Of a stretch of DNA of 64,000 bases, positions 8,860 through 17,761 are shown in pieces. This DNA comes from a virus. Taxonomy: Duplodnaviria; Heunggongvirae; Uroviricota; Caudoviricetes. The stretch lies in the IMG/VR virus record IMGVR_UViG_3300032116_012976; one strand, 5' to 3'. Every line of letters begins with the position of its first letter. Position 1 is the first letter of the stretch. A model generated the notes under the pieces. The model was not told the DNA's origin. It worked only from the letters and a program-made list of their open reading frames with translations, and ran no database searches. The translations under genes were made by a program, and so were the position numbers.

Positions 8860-9078
8860 TTAAGCCATTGGGGCTGGGGGAGGTGAGTATTGTTGGCGCA
8901 CTAGTTTGAGTTTTTCTTTGTACTCAAATGCACGGACGTCATTCATTTTTCTCAACTTGTTTAGTTGTCTCAAAGTCAAACGAGTTTTGCGCAGATCACC
9001 CAGTTGCGGTTGACTGTTGTCTTGCGATAGATCTTGATAGGCCTCAGGATCTTTTTTGAAAAATTCTTGTAGCAGCAT
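8860..9078 (-). CDS. Small head-module protein (72 aa)
   Basis: Basic helix RKTRLTLRQLNKLRKMND; TATAAATA box 5 nt upstream of the ATG; immediately downstream of portal. Confidence 0.75.
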   Translation of the reverse strand: MLLQEFFKKDPEAYQDLSQDNSQPQLGDLRKTRLTLRQLNKLRKMNDVRAFEYKEKLKLVRQQYSPPPAPMA

Positions 9079-9086
9079 GATTATAT

Positions 9087-10847
9087 TTATACTCCGCCAG
9101 GTGCAGCCCCAGGTGCAGCCGCGCCAGGGCCAACCATTTCGCCTGCGCCAGGCTGTTGCATTTGCCCAATTTCTTCGCCAGTGGTAATATCAGTTTCCAT
9201 GCCGCCAGGCGTGATACCCACAGAACGTAAGTCAGCACCGCCTGAATTTTGCATTTCAGGGCTATCACGTTCTTCTCGCCAGAGTTCTTCGTTTTCTTTG
9301 ATTTCGTCTTCACTCAATCCCAAGAAACGCTGTAGCATAAAACGTTTTGACATGTAAGGCAGTTGCTCCATGGCTGTGAATGCTTGAATTCTTGTGTTGT
9401 CTAGTTCGCTTTGACGATAACTTGCAAAGTTTTGAGGCGGTGAAAACTTCAAATTAAACAGGCTAGAGTCTATGTTAAACCCACGCCATTTCAAAAACAT
9501 CTTGAATTCGTCGTCTAATTTTTGTGAAATATGCCCTTGCAAACGCTCACAATACTGGTTGAATCTGTACTCTTGTATAAGAGCTGTGCCTACTTTTCCG
9601 TCTGAAAAAGCACGGTCTGAATCGTCAGGACCAGTGGGCAAATAGCTCGATGGCACACGCAGACCACGGGCCATTTTGTTGTTAAAGTACTTTAAGTCGT
9701 CAATTTCGCCTAGGTTTTGACCGCCTGGCAATGTCTCAACTGAGCTTCCGCGGCCGTCTTGTCCTTGTGGGAAAAAGTAGTCTTCGTTGATTGACAGTGG
9801 ATTGTAACTGCTATCCATCATGTTGGCTCCGCCACCTGATACCGTGGGGATTCTACGTTGATGCATTTCGTTTTTAACACGTTCCACAAACGCCATGGCC
9901 AAGTGTGATGGCATGTTGCCTACGTCAATTTTAAAGATTCGTCGTTCAGGAGCACGGCTCACACGATAAATCAAGATTGCATCTTCCAGCAGTTCTTTTT
10001 GCTTGAATACTTTGTAAATCTGTTCTAGTACACTGCGTCCAAACGGCCAAAATACGTCTAGGCCTTCGTTCAAGCTCATGTGTATCACATGCTTGGCATC
10101 TAAACAAGTTTCGTTCATGGCAGTCATAAAGCGACTGTTGCCCACGCCGCCACCTGACCCACCATTGGGCATGGTGTAGTTGGCAGCGCCAGATACACTG
10201 CCTGTCACAGGATTGGTCATGTAGTCTGTGGTGGTCTTTGCTGCCACAGTCATGTTTTGGAAGTTGGGGTTGATGTCACGGATCACATATTGTTCAGGAC
10301 GTTTGCCTTCAGATTCGTTCACAATAACTCTAGCAACTTTGGTCATGTCAACCCAGTACATTTCAAATGTTTCTGGATCACGCACAAACACCTGATCACC
10401 ATACTTGATGGTGTTACGGAACAGTTTAAATATGCGCTGATCTAGTTTGTTCAGCTTGACCCACTGTTGCAGTTGTTTTTTAATGATGTCAACTTCGTGG
10501 TCTGTGGGTGTTTCGTTGTATTGAATGTCAAACGGGGTGGCGTTTGACTCGTTGATCTGTGTGGAAAACTCAGCAATAATATCCAAGCAGGCATTGATCT
10601 CTGAGTCCATGTCCATGTTCTCATACTGATTGTAACGCTCTACTCTGTTGGGATGGCCTGAATAAACTTCGGGCAATCTGCTGGCATAGTTTCGAAAAGT
10701 AAAATCATTTATCATCGAATCAGAGCCGTCGTTTTTGCCGTAGTTGGACAATCCAAATTGATTTTGTCCAGAAATTGGACTCATCACTCCGGATGTGTCT
10801 GCAACTTTGAAATATTTGCGCCAGCCTTGTTGTTTGGGTTCTGCCAT
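9087..10847 (-). CDS. gp20: Portal vertex protein, T4 gp20 family
   Basis: LLEDAILIYRVSRAPERRIFKIDVGNMP, EDYFFP...GSSVETLPGGQNLGEIDDLKYF and ARGLRVPSSYL are gp20 hallmarks. Confidence 0.97.
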   Translation of the reverse strand: MAEPKQQGWRKYFKVADTSGVMSPISGQNQFGLSNYGKNDGSDSMINDFTFRNYASRLPEVYSGHPNRVERYNQYENMDMDSEINACLDIIAEFSTQINESNATPFDIQYNETPTDHEVDIIKKQLQQWVKLNKLDQRIFKLFRNTIKYGDQVFVRDPETFEMYWVDMTKVARVIVNESEGKRPEQYVIRDINPNFQNMTVAAKTTTDYMTNPVTGSVSGAANYTMPNGGSGGGVGNSRFMTAMNETCLDAKHVIHMSLNEGLDVFWPFGRSVLEQIYKVFKQKELLEDAILIYRVSRAPERRIFKIDVGNMPSHLAMAFVERVKNEMHQRRIPTVSGGGANMMDSSYNPLSINEDYFFPQGQDGRGSSVETLPGGQNLGEIDDLKYFNNKMARGLRVPSSYLPTGPDDSDRAFSDGKVGTALIQEYRFNQYCERLQGHISQKLDDEFKMFLKWRGFNIDSSLFNLKFSPPQNFASYRQSELDNTRIQAFTAMEQLPYMSKRFMLQRFLGLSEDEIKENEELWREERDSPEMQNSGGADLRSVGITPGGMETDITTGEEIGQMQQPGAGEMVGPGAAAPGAAPGGV

Positions 10848-10863
10848 GGTTGTTTATTTACCG

Positions 10864-13800
10864 TTAGTTTGCACTCACCTGGAGTATCTTCTTGCTGATG
10901 TCGTTGGCTTCACTCTGCTTGGCAATTAGTGCATCAATGCCGGCAATCAGCGCATCTGTTTCTGGGGAAGCGTTTTCTTTGGCTATTTTATTTGCCATTT
11001 CTGTTCCCAATACTGTCATAGCTTCTTTGAACTCTGCAAACATTAAATCAAATGCTTCTTTCTGATTCACACCGTTTTCGGCCACAATATCATTCAATCG
11101 TTGACCTAATAGGGGGCCTGCGCCGTCAAACATTTGAGTGCCTATTTTCATAATATTAGTATCAAAATTTGTTGCAATGCCTGAATTTATAATTTCTTTC
11201 CAGGTTGCTGGATCAGTGATGGTTTGTGATGCTTTATCAAAAGCCCCCATGGCTGTTGCAATTTCTTTAACTGCGGCAAGATCAGTACTTACTGCTCCTG
11301 TATTGTAACCCGTATATTGATTGTAGCCCATGACTGATGGGCCAATGCCGCCTTCGGCCATTACATCTTTGAAATCCAGCTTGATCGGAATTGGCTTGGA
11401 TATATTCAGTGGAATTTCTTTGCCATCCATGGGAATCACAGCTTCTGGACCTTTTTCACCAATCAACGCCAGTGTGGCTTTGTCCACCATGCCGCCATCA
11501 CCAAATGCCGGGATCTGTGCATGGAAGTGGCCACCTGTGGCATTTTTAGTGGCGTTGTGGTACTCATCTATAGCAAGACTGGCTCCTGACTGTTTGAGCC
11601 AACTAACAATGCTTGCACCTTCTTCTCGTGTGGGCTTTTTGTTCAGCACAAAGTCCATGGCCTGGCCTTTGGTATGCAAGCTATTTGGACTTTTTTCATT
11701 GTGGAATTGATCGTTAAATCCTGTAAATGCTGAAAATCCAGGCACTAGACTTTGAACATTTTTAGCCAGCTCAATCAGCTTAGGGCTGATTGCCGCGCCT
11801 TCAGCTTGTACATCACGATTGGGATCAAATTTGAGGCCCATGGACAACAAATTGTTTTCATTGGCAGTTTTCATGCCTTGGCCGCCACCTGGGCTAACAC
11901 CGCTACCTCCGCCCATGCCCCCAGCTGGTGGTGCTGCTGGAATTTTTAGGCCAGTGCCTCCACCCATGCCTGGCGCACCGCCTGAACCCGCAGAACCACT
12001 TTGTTCAGATTGTTCTTGCAGTAGCTCTAAGTTTTCACCCAATATCTGGGTGACACTGTCAAGATATTTTTTGTGAAAATCCACAAACTCTTTTGTGCGT
12101 TTGGTGTCTTGATCAGTGTAACGTTCAATGCGTTGTATGTCTGTCAAAGTATCACGTTGAGCTACAATTACTGATTCTGTTGTTTTTTTGTTTTTATCGT
12201 TTAGCTCGTCAACAGATCTCAGTATTGCTTGATATGTGCTACCAACGTTTTGTGTGGTTCTCAAATTGTTAGTCAGTTCGTCATTGGTGTTAGTAACCAC
12301 AGTTACAGAACTGCCCATCACTTGAGATATCATATCAACACTGACTTGTCCTGAAGATACAGAAGAAGCCATTGACTCAAACATCTTGCTTAGTTTGTCA
12401 TTGTTTATAATTTTTCCTGATTGCTCAGGCACCATGAGCTCTGGACCACGTTCGCCCACAATGTAGGGATTTCGTCTGCTGACAGGTCCGCCAGCGGCAC
12501 GCCCAGGAGGAGTTAATGCGGTACCTAATGCATCAGCGCCCATGCCTAAATATTTGCCAAGAACACTACCAAGGGCAGTGGCAATATATGGGCCAATCTT
12601 TCCACCTATAGCGGCTCCAGCCACAGTGCCCGCAGGTCCAAAAAGAGAGCCAACTATTCCACCTGCATAAGTACCAGCTATTTTACCACCCGCCGCACCA
12701 GCTAATGCACCAACACCAGTTCCAACCATTTCACTGCCGCCAGATCTGTAAAATCCGCCCATGCCGTCTTTTTGTGTGGCTTCTACCACATCAACAGTTT
12801 TACCAACAATGAATCCTAGTTTTTCGGCAATCCAGTCTGTGAGTTTGACCATTTGTTTCATAAACTTGTCCATCACTGGTTGCAGTTCTTTAAATGCAGT
12901 GGCAATAGGTTCAGTAACTCCGACCAAAGATTTGCTCATGGCAATGGCAGTGCTGATTGATTGCGACACTGTGGTCTCAAATTTTTCATTGGCATTGCGC
13001 TGCATTTCACGCAGTTCAGCCATGGCCCGAGTGTTGGCATCACCCAGGCCACTCATCTGTTTGTTTTGTTCAACGACAATTTCAGCAGCTATCTTACTGA
13101 TGTCTTGCTGGGCAAAAATAGCCAGTTTTTGTCCCTGTGCATAATCAATTGCAAAATCATTCAACAGGCCCAGCTGAGCCGTAAAGTTCAAGTCCTTATT
13201 GAATTGGCCAATTGAGGTACCAATTTGTTTGACAGCTTGATTGGCATCAATTTGACCTGACTGCAATGCTTCACTTGATTGCATCAACTGACCTTGAGTG
13301 CTGATCACGCCCTTGACAGCAGCATCGCTGGTAAGAGCTCCAGATTGAATGTCTCTAAATGCTTGTCCTAACTCTGGAGCCTGCTTGCTCAACATAAGAT
13401 TAGCTCTCATCAGTTGATCAGCAGCAGCCATTTGTTGAGGATCCTTGGTCGCTCGCATGGCATCCAGCTTGGCACGGAATCTCTGTTCGCTGAGAGCAGA
13501 TTCCATTTGCTTTTCAATTTCTTGACGTTGCATGCCTGTGAGCTTGCTGAGGCCGTCCATTTCAACAAGATATTTTCTAGCACCAGTAGCCAGTTCTTGG
13601 TTGGTTTTGTTTTGACTCTGACCAATCAAAGTTTGCAGTCTCAAATAGCCAGCTGTTCCTTCAATCTGATCTTCCAGACTGATACCAGCTGCCTCTAAGC
13701 TGACCCGGAAAGGCTTCATGGCCGCACCAATGTTGGCAAATGCCTGACGTCCTTCAAATGCTGTGCCTTTGAACAAGGCCAATTCTGCGCTGTTGGCTGC

Positions 13801-14340
13801 TACTGCATTGGTGTATACACCCAGCTCTTTCATGCTCAAGCCAAGCTTCTTGGCGTCGCGGAAGATGCCCATCATGCCATCTGAACCAGCCAGGCCAGCT
13901 TTGGCCATTTTGGTATTGGCAGCAAACAAGTTGTCGGCCATGTCGTTGGCCGCCTGAGTCATCTTAATACTAGCGCCAACTGCGGCTGTGCCCAGACCAA
14001 TTAGAGCTTTGATCAAGAACCCGCCAGGCACCAAGAAAGTCAACGCAGCACCGGCTGCGGTAACTGCTTTGCTCATGCTGTCAAGTGAACTGTTAAATGC
14101 TGCGGCGCCTTTTTGGCCATCGTACATGGCTTTGCCGGCTGCAAGACCTGCACCTGCTAGGTTTCCCAGCGCACCTGCTGTTAACGCACTGGCCTTGTCA
14201 AGTTCTTTTGCTCGACGGAAACTTCCTGCTGCCAGTGCTGCCTGGGTATCTTCAGTAACTCGCCCAAAATTTCTAAGGTCGTCAGAAACTCGTGCTATGA
14301 CTTCAGCCATTTCTTGTGATGCTTGATTTACGTCCGCCAT
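10864..14340 (-). CDS. Tape-measure-like protein with glycine-zipper segments and an M15-type Zn peptidase domain
   Basis: Long A/Q-rich helical N-half; two TMP-type motifs (RAAGGPV...IVGERGPEL; FGDGGMV...IGEKGPEAVIP); SLHTKGQAMDF...GGHFHA; divergent from the gp26-like chaperone gene. Confidence 0.75.
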   Translation of the reverse strand: MADVNQASQEMAEVIARVSDDLRNFGRVTEDTQAALAAGSFRRAKELDKASALTAGALGNLAGAGLAAGKAMYDGQKGAAAFNSSLDSMSKAVTAAGAALTFLVPGGFLIKALIGLGTAAVGASIKMTQAANDMADNLFAANTKMAKAGLAGSDGMMGIFRDAKKLGLSMKELGVYTNAVAANSAELALFKGTAFEGRQAFANIGAAMKPFRVSLEAAGISLEDQIEGTAGYLRLQTLIGQSQNKTNQELATGARKYLVEMDGLSKLTGMQRQEIEKQMESALSEQRFRAKLDAMRATKDPQQMAAADQLMRANLMLSKQAPELGQAFRDIQSGALTSDAAVKGVISTQGQLMQSSEALQSGQIDANQAVKQIGTSIGQFNKDLNFTAQLGLLNDFAIDYAQGQKLAIFAQQDISKIAAEIVVEQNKQMSGLGDANTRAMAELREMQRNANEKFETTVSQSISTAIAMSKSLVGVTEPIATAFKELQPVMDKFMKQMVKLTDWIAEKLGFIVGKTVDVVEATQKDGMGGFYRSGGSEMVGTGVGALAGAAGGKIAGTYAGGIVGSLFGPAGTVAGAAIGGKIGPYIATALGSVLGKYLGMGADALGTALTPPGRAAGGPVSRRNPYIVGERGPELMVPEQSGKIINNDKLSKMFESMASSVSSGQVSVDMISQVMGSSVTVVTNTNDELTNNLRTTQNVGSTYQAILRSVDELNDKNKKTTESVIVAQRDTLTDIQRIERYTDQDTKRTKEFVDFHKKYLDSVTQILGENLELLQEQSEQSGSAGSGGAPGMGGGTGLKIPAAPPAGGMGGGSGVSPGGGQGMKTANENNLLSMGLKFDPNRDVQAEGAAISPKLIELAKNVQSLVPGFSAFTGFNDQFHNEKSPNSLHTKGQAMDFVLNKKPTREEGASIVSWLKQSGASLAIDEYHNATKNATGGHFHAQIPAFGDGGMVDKATLALIGEKGPEAVIPMDGKEIPLNISKPIPIKLDFKDVMAEGGIGPSVMGYNQYTGYNTGAVSTDLAAVKEIATAMGAFDKASQTITDPATWKEIINSGIATNFDTNIMKIGTQMFDGAGPLLGQRLNDIVAENGVNQKEAFDLMFAEFKEAMTVLGTEMANKIAKENASPETDALIAGIDALIAKQSEANDISKKILQVSAN

Positions 14341-14351
14341 TGAAAAACACC

Positions 14352-14373
14352 TATAAGTAGAAGTATATTTATG
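14352..14373. promoter_or_regulatory. Face-to-face overlapping late boxes for the TMP-like gene (-) and gp26-like gene (+)
   Basis: TATAAGTA on + at 14352-14359 and CATAAATA on - at 14366-14373, within a 41-nt intergenic gap. Confidence 0.55.
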
Positions 14374-14381
14374 GGTACACT

Positions 14382-15227
14382 ATGAACCAAAATCACAATC
14401 CACTTAGACAATTTTTTAGACAACCAGCAATTTACTTGCGGTTGCCCAGCCAGGGCAAATACTGGCCCGAAGGCAGCTTAGACGTGCCTCAAAACGGTGA
14501 GCTGCCTGTTTATCCCATGACAGCCATTGACGAAATCACCTATCGCACGCCAGATGCGCTGTTTAGCGGGCAAGCTGTGGTCAATGTAATACACAGTTGT
14601 GTGCCGTCAATTAAGAATGCCTGGCATGCTCCTGTGGCAGATTTGAATTCTATCCTAGTTGCTATTCGTATTGCCAGCTACGGGCATGAGCTTGAAATTG
14701 AAACTACATGTCCTGCTTGCAAACACATTGAGAGTTTTGCGTTAGACTTGCGCAATGCACTGGATCAGTTGACCATGCCGGACTTTTCTGCCACAGTAAC
14801 TTATGGTGATTTGGAAATTTATTTTCATCCCATGAGTTACGAAAAGCAAAATGAAATCAATCTTGAGCAGTTTGAAAATCAACGCATGATGCGCAACATC
14901 AGCATGGATACTGAGCTCACCGAAGACGAAAAGTTACAAAAACTAGCAGAAGTGATGAAAATACTAACTCAGCTGACCATGCGAGCTCTCAAGTACTCAA
15001 TTTCAGCAATTCGTACACCAAATGCTGTTGTGTCAGAGACTGAGCACATTGATGAATTTTTGCAAAACTGCGATCGTCAAATTTTTGTTGCTGTTAGAGA
15101 TCACGCAGTTGACTTGCGCAATCGTACAGAACTGAAACCTGTGCATCTCACTTGCAGTGAATGCAATCACGAACATGATCAAGCACTAAATCTGGATCTT
15201 ACAAATTTTTTCGAAGCCGCCTCCTGA
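14382..15227 (+). CDS. gp26: Baseplate hub assembly protein / tail assembly chaperone, T4 gp26-like
   Basis: PMTAIDEI-type motif, LVAIRIASYG, CPAC and C-terminal CSECNH Zn motifs, ends ...LTNFF. Confidence 0.75.
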   Translation: MNQNHNPLRQFFRQPAIYLRLPSQGKYWPEGSLDVPQNGELPVYPMTAIDEITYRTPDALFSGQAVVNVIHSCVPSIKNAWHAPVADLNSILVAIRIASYGHELEIETTCPACKHIESFALDLRNALDQLTMPDFSATVTYGDLEIYFHPMSYEKQNEINLEQFENQRMMRNISMDTELTEDEKLQKLAEVMKILTQLTMRALKYSISAIRTPNAVVSETEHIDEFLQNCDRQIFVAVRDHAVDLRNRTELKPVHLTCSECNHEHDQALNLDLTNFFEAAS

Positions 15228-15442
15228 TCCTCCCAGTAGAGGAAATTGGCGAGTACATTGACAGCCTTGATCAGGAGGCCAACGCAATTAGATCAAACAG
15301 TTTAAGATTGGCTTGGTTAATGCGCGGCGGACTCACCTACGATCAGGTGTTGGCACTAAGTTTCACTGAAAGAAAAATGATCAGCAAGATAGCCGAAGAA
15401 AACATGGAAACCACCAACAAAACTAAACTGCCGTATTTCTAA
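15209..15442 (+). CDS. gp51/gpE'-like extension in the -1 frame, probably expressed by programmed frameshift from gp26
   Basis: Not in ORF track. The -1 frame is open from 15179 to TAA at 15442 (FRSRLLILPVEEIGEYIDSLDQEANAIRSNSLRLAWLMRGGLTYDQVLALSFTERKMISKIAEENMETTNKTKLPYF) with no ATG before 15320 and no RBS; slippery A_AAT_TTT_TTC at 15203-15212. Confidence 0.65.
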   Translation, partial: FRSRLLILPVEEIGEYIDSLDQEANAIRSNSLRLAWLMRGGLTYDQVLALSFTERKMISKIAEENMETTNKTKLPYF

Positions 15443-15942
15443 TGGACTTAGATACAGTTAAACAAGATATTGAAAACTGGATTGTGAACTTTGTAGAAGT
15501 TCCACATCCTGCTCTTGGAGGCTGGGCTCCTTGTCCATACGCACGCTCAGCACGCATGAAAAAAAGCTACGATGTACATGTTGGCGTAGATCCTTACTTT
15601 GATCTTAAAAATCGAGCACGATGGGGCATGGGCGATAAGGAAGTTATTATCTATGCTTACGATCCTGTGGAATGGCCATATGAATTGTTCAGTGACAGTT
15701 TGAAAAATGCCAACAAGGAACATTTGTTACGCAACGATCTACTTGCACTAGAGGATCATCCCGCAGACGTTGAGATGGTGAACGGTGTGTGTATGAATCA
15801 AGGCAAGTATGCTCTAGCTCTAGTGCAAAGTCTCAGCGACTTAAACAACAAAGCCAAACTTATGGCTGAGAAGGGATTCTATCACAACTGGCCAGAAGAG
15901 TATCTTGCGGGACTGTTTGAACATCGTAAGGATCCAAGATGA
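15442..15942 (+). CDS. Hypothetical protein, DUF1415-like (CPYA motif)
   Basis: W-I-x-x-F-V...GWAPCPYA resembles the CPFA motif of DUF1415; TAATG coupling to the upstream frame. Confidence 0.5.
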   Translation: MDLDTVKQDIENWIVNFVEVPHPALGGWAPCPYARSARMKKSYDVHVGVDPYFDLKNRARWGMGDKEVIIYAYDPVEWPYELFSDSLKNANKEHLLRNDLLALEDHPADVEMVNGVCMNQGKYALALVQSLSDLNNKAKLMAEKGFYHNWPEEYLAGLFEHRKDPR

Positions 15943-16373
15943 GCTATCAGTTTGCCAGAATCGATCTCAGCCAGACCAACTACACACCAAATGTAAAGTG
16001 GGAGTATTTGCGTGAGCCCAACATCAAACAGCTAAACTCTATCTACAGAGACTATTGCAAATACAAACATTTTGCAAGTGTGATGCCTATATTTGACTGT
16101 CGTTACACAGACCCAATGACAGATGTAATAGGATATTACGATCAAAATCGATTGGTTGCATTCAGTTTGATCCGACGCTATGATGATCATAACGCACTGT
16201 GCGATCAATTTGCATGGAACTACAACAATCCTAAACTACGGTTGGGAATTGAAACAATGAAAACAGAGTGTGCTATCTACAAGGAACGAGGATTCCAATA
16301 CTTGTATCTTGAGCAAGCACACCTATACAAATCCAACATGGACGGATTTGAAATACTAGGACCACTGGAGTAA
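15939..16373 (+). CDS. GNAT-fold protein resembling the C-terminal domain of arginyl/aspartyl-tRNA-protein transferases (ATE_C/Bpt)
   Basis: IGYYDQNRLVAFS...FAWNY...KLRLGIETMKTECAIYKERGFQYLYL parallels the ATE_C pattern G-x-LVAV...FYD...RSLG...EI...G-x-x-YLYL. Confidence 0.6.
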   Translation: MSYQFARIDLSQTNYTPNVKWEYLREPNIKQLNSIYRDYCKYKHFASVMPIFDCRYTDPMTDVIGYYDQNRLVAFSLIRRYDDHNALCDQFAWNYNNPKLRLGIETMKTECAIYKERGFQYLYLEQAHLYKSNMDGFEILGPLE

Positions 16374-16375
16374 CT

Positions 16376-16711
16376 ATGGATTTATATACAATTTGGGCAG
16401 ACAAAGAAGGCGACATCTCAGACTTAGACTGGGTCAACGGAATGAAAAGTTTCTTTGATCATTTGATATCAGAAGACAAGATGGTAGACTATCGTATCAC
16501 AAGATGCAAGATGGGATTCCGTTCAATTGCGGACATGCCTGAATGGATGATTATCATGGAGTTCCGAGACATGGGTCAAATGGACTCGGCTTTCAAACGA
16601 GTAGCACCGCTTGAGGGTGAACTTGAAGTCAAACACAAGTCATTCAATCAATTTGTGTCAGGCAATATTCAACATGCTTTATTTAGAGACTGGCCAGACA
16701 CATTTGTATGA
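16376..16711 (+). CDS. DUF6614-like dimeric alpha-beta barrel protein
   Basis: YTIWAD...FFDHL...YRITRCKMGF...EWMIIMEF...QMDSAF...ALFRDWPD. Confidence 0.55.
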   Translation: MDLYTIWADKEGDISDLDWVNGMKSFFDHLISEDKMVDYRITRCKMGFRSIADMPEWMIIMEFRDMGQMDSAFKRVAPLEGELEVKHKSFNQFVSGNIQHALFRDWPDTFV

Positions 16712-17232
16712 ACATCCTCGATCATGTACCTGTAGTACCTGATTGGCCCAAACCAGGTATTAACTTTTTTGACGTAACTGGCATTCTTGCCAATCCAGAA
16801 GCATTTGATTACTGCTGTGGATGGTTAAAGCATCAAGCACATTGGTATAATGCTTCCAGTCTTGTGGCTGTGGAAAGCCGTGGCTTTGTGTTTGCGGCAC
16901 CTGTAGCAAGACAATTAGGACTTCCACTAATCCTAGTACGTAAACGTGGCAAATTGCCCGGCCCCACAATACAACACAGCTATCAAACTGAATACAGCAC
17001 TGATACCATTGAAATGCACCCACACGCTCCAGTAGGCGCACATCCATTGATTGTGGATGACTTGCTAGCCACTGGAGGCACTATAATGGCCACAGCAAAT
17101 CTAATTCGCAGTCATTGGATTGACACTAAAATTTCTGCTGCTGTGATTATAAACTTGCAGAACTTGCCTGGAGGGACAGCATTGACTCGGCACAATATTA
17201 TGTGGGAAGGAATGGTCAATGTTGATGAATGA
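16708..17232 (+). CDS. apt: Adenine phosphoribosyltransferase
   Basis: WPKPGINFFDV, ESRGF, VRKRGKLPG and the PRPP-binding motif IVDDLLATGGT. Confidence 0.92.
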   Translation: MNILDHVPVVPDWPKPGINFFDVTGILANPEAFDYCCGWLKHQAHWYNASSLVAVESRGFVFAAPVARQLGLPLILVRKRGKLPGPTIQHSYQTEYSTDTIEMHPHAPVGAHPLIVDDLLATGGTIMATANLIRSHWIDTKISAAVIINLQNLPGGTALTRHNIMWEGMVNVDE

Positions 17233-17761
17233 TATTATTTTAATAGCTATTCGAGCAGAAGCACCAGATCTCAGCCACATGATGAACTTGTTTTACACTG
17301 GTGTGGGCAAGGTTAACGCTGCCATCACTGCCAGTGAAGTTATCACAAAGTATCGTCCCCGGCGTATCATTAACTTTGGCACAGCTGGTGGTATAACAGT
17401 CGCACCAGGATTCTATCAATGCACTCAGTTTGTGCAAAGAGACATGACTTGTGAAGCATTAGGGTGTACCCCAGGACAAACACCTTTTGAAACTAGCACA
17501 CACATTGGCAACTCTACTGGCTTAACTTGCAGTACTGGTGACAACTTTGTGATGAATCCCATACTACAAATACCAGCAGATGTTGTAGACATGGAAGCCT
17601 ATGCCATTGCCAAAGCATGCGAGAAATATGGAGTTGAGTTTGTGTGTTGGAAATACATCAGCGATCAAGCCAACCAACACGCACACAATGATTGGCAACA
17701 ACAAGTTGCTCAAGGACAATCACATTATGTCAACAAACTCAAAGAGTTAAACTTATTATAA
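17225..17761 (+). CDS. mtnN: 5'-methylthioadenosine/S-adenosylhomocysteine nucleosidase (PNP_UDP_1 family)
   Basis: TGVGKVNAA, INFGTAGG, STGDNFV, DMEAYAIAKAC and KYISD motifs; start taken at ATG 17225 (track gives 17219). Confidence 0.88.
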   Translation: MNDIILIAIRAEAPDLSHMMNLFYTGVGKVNAAITASEVITKYRPRRIINFGTAGGITVAPGFYQCTQFVQRDMTCEALGCTPGQTPFETSTHIGNSTGLTCSTGDNFVMNPILQIPADVVDMEAYAIAKACEKYGVEFVCWKYISDQANQHAHNDWQQQVAQGQSHYVNKLKELNLL

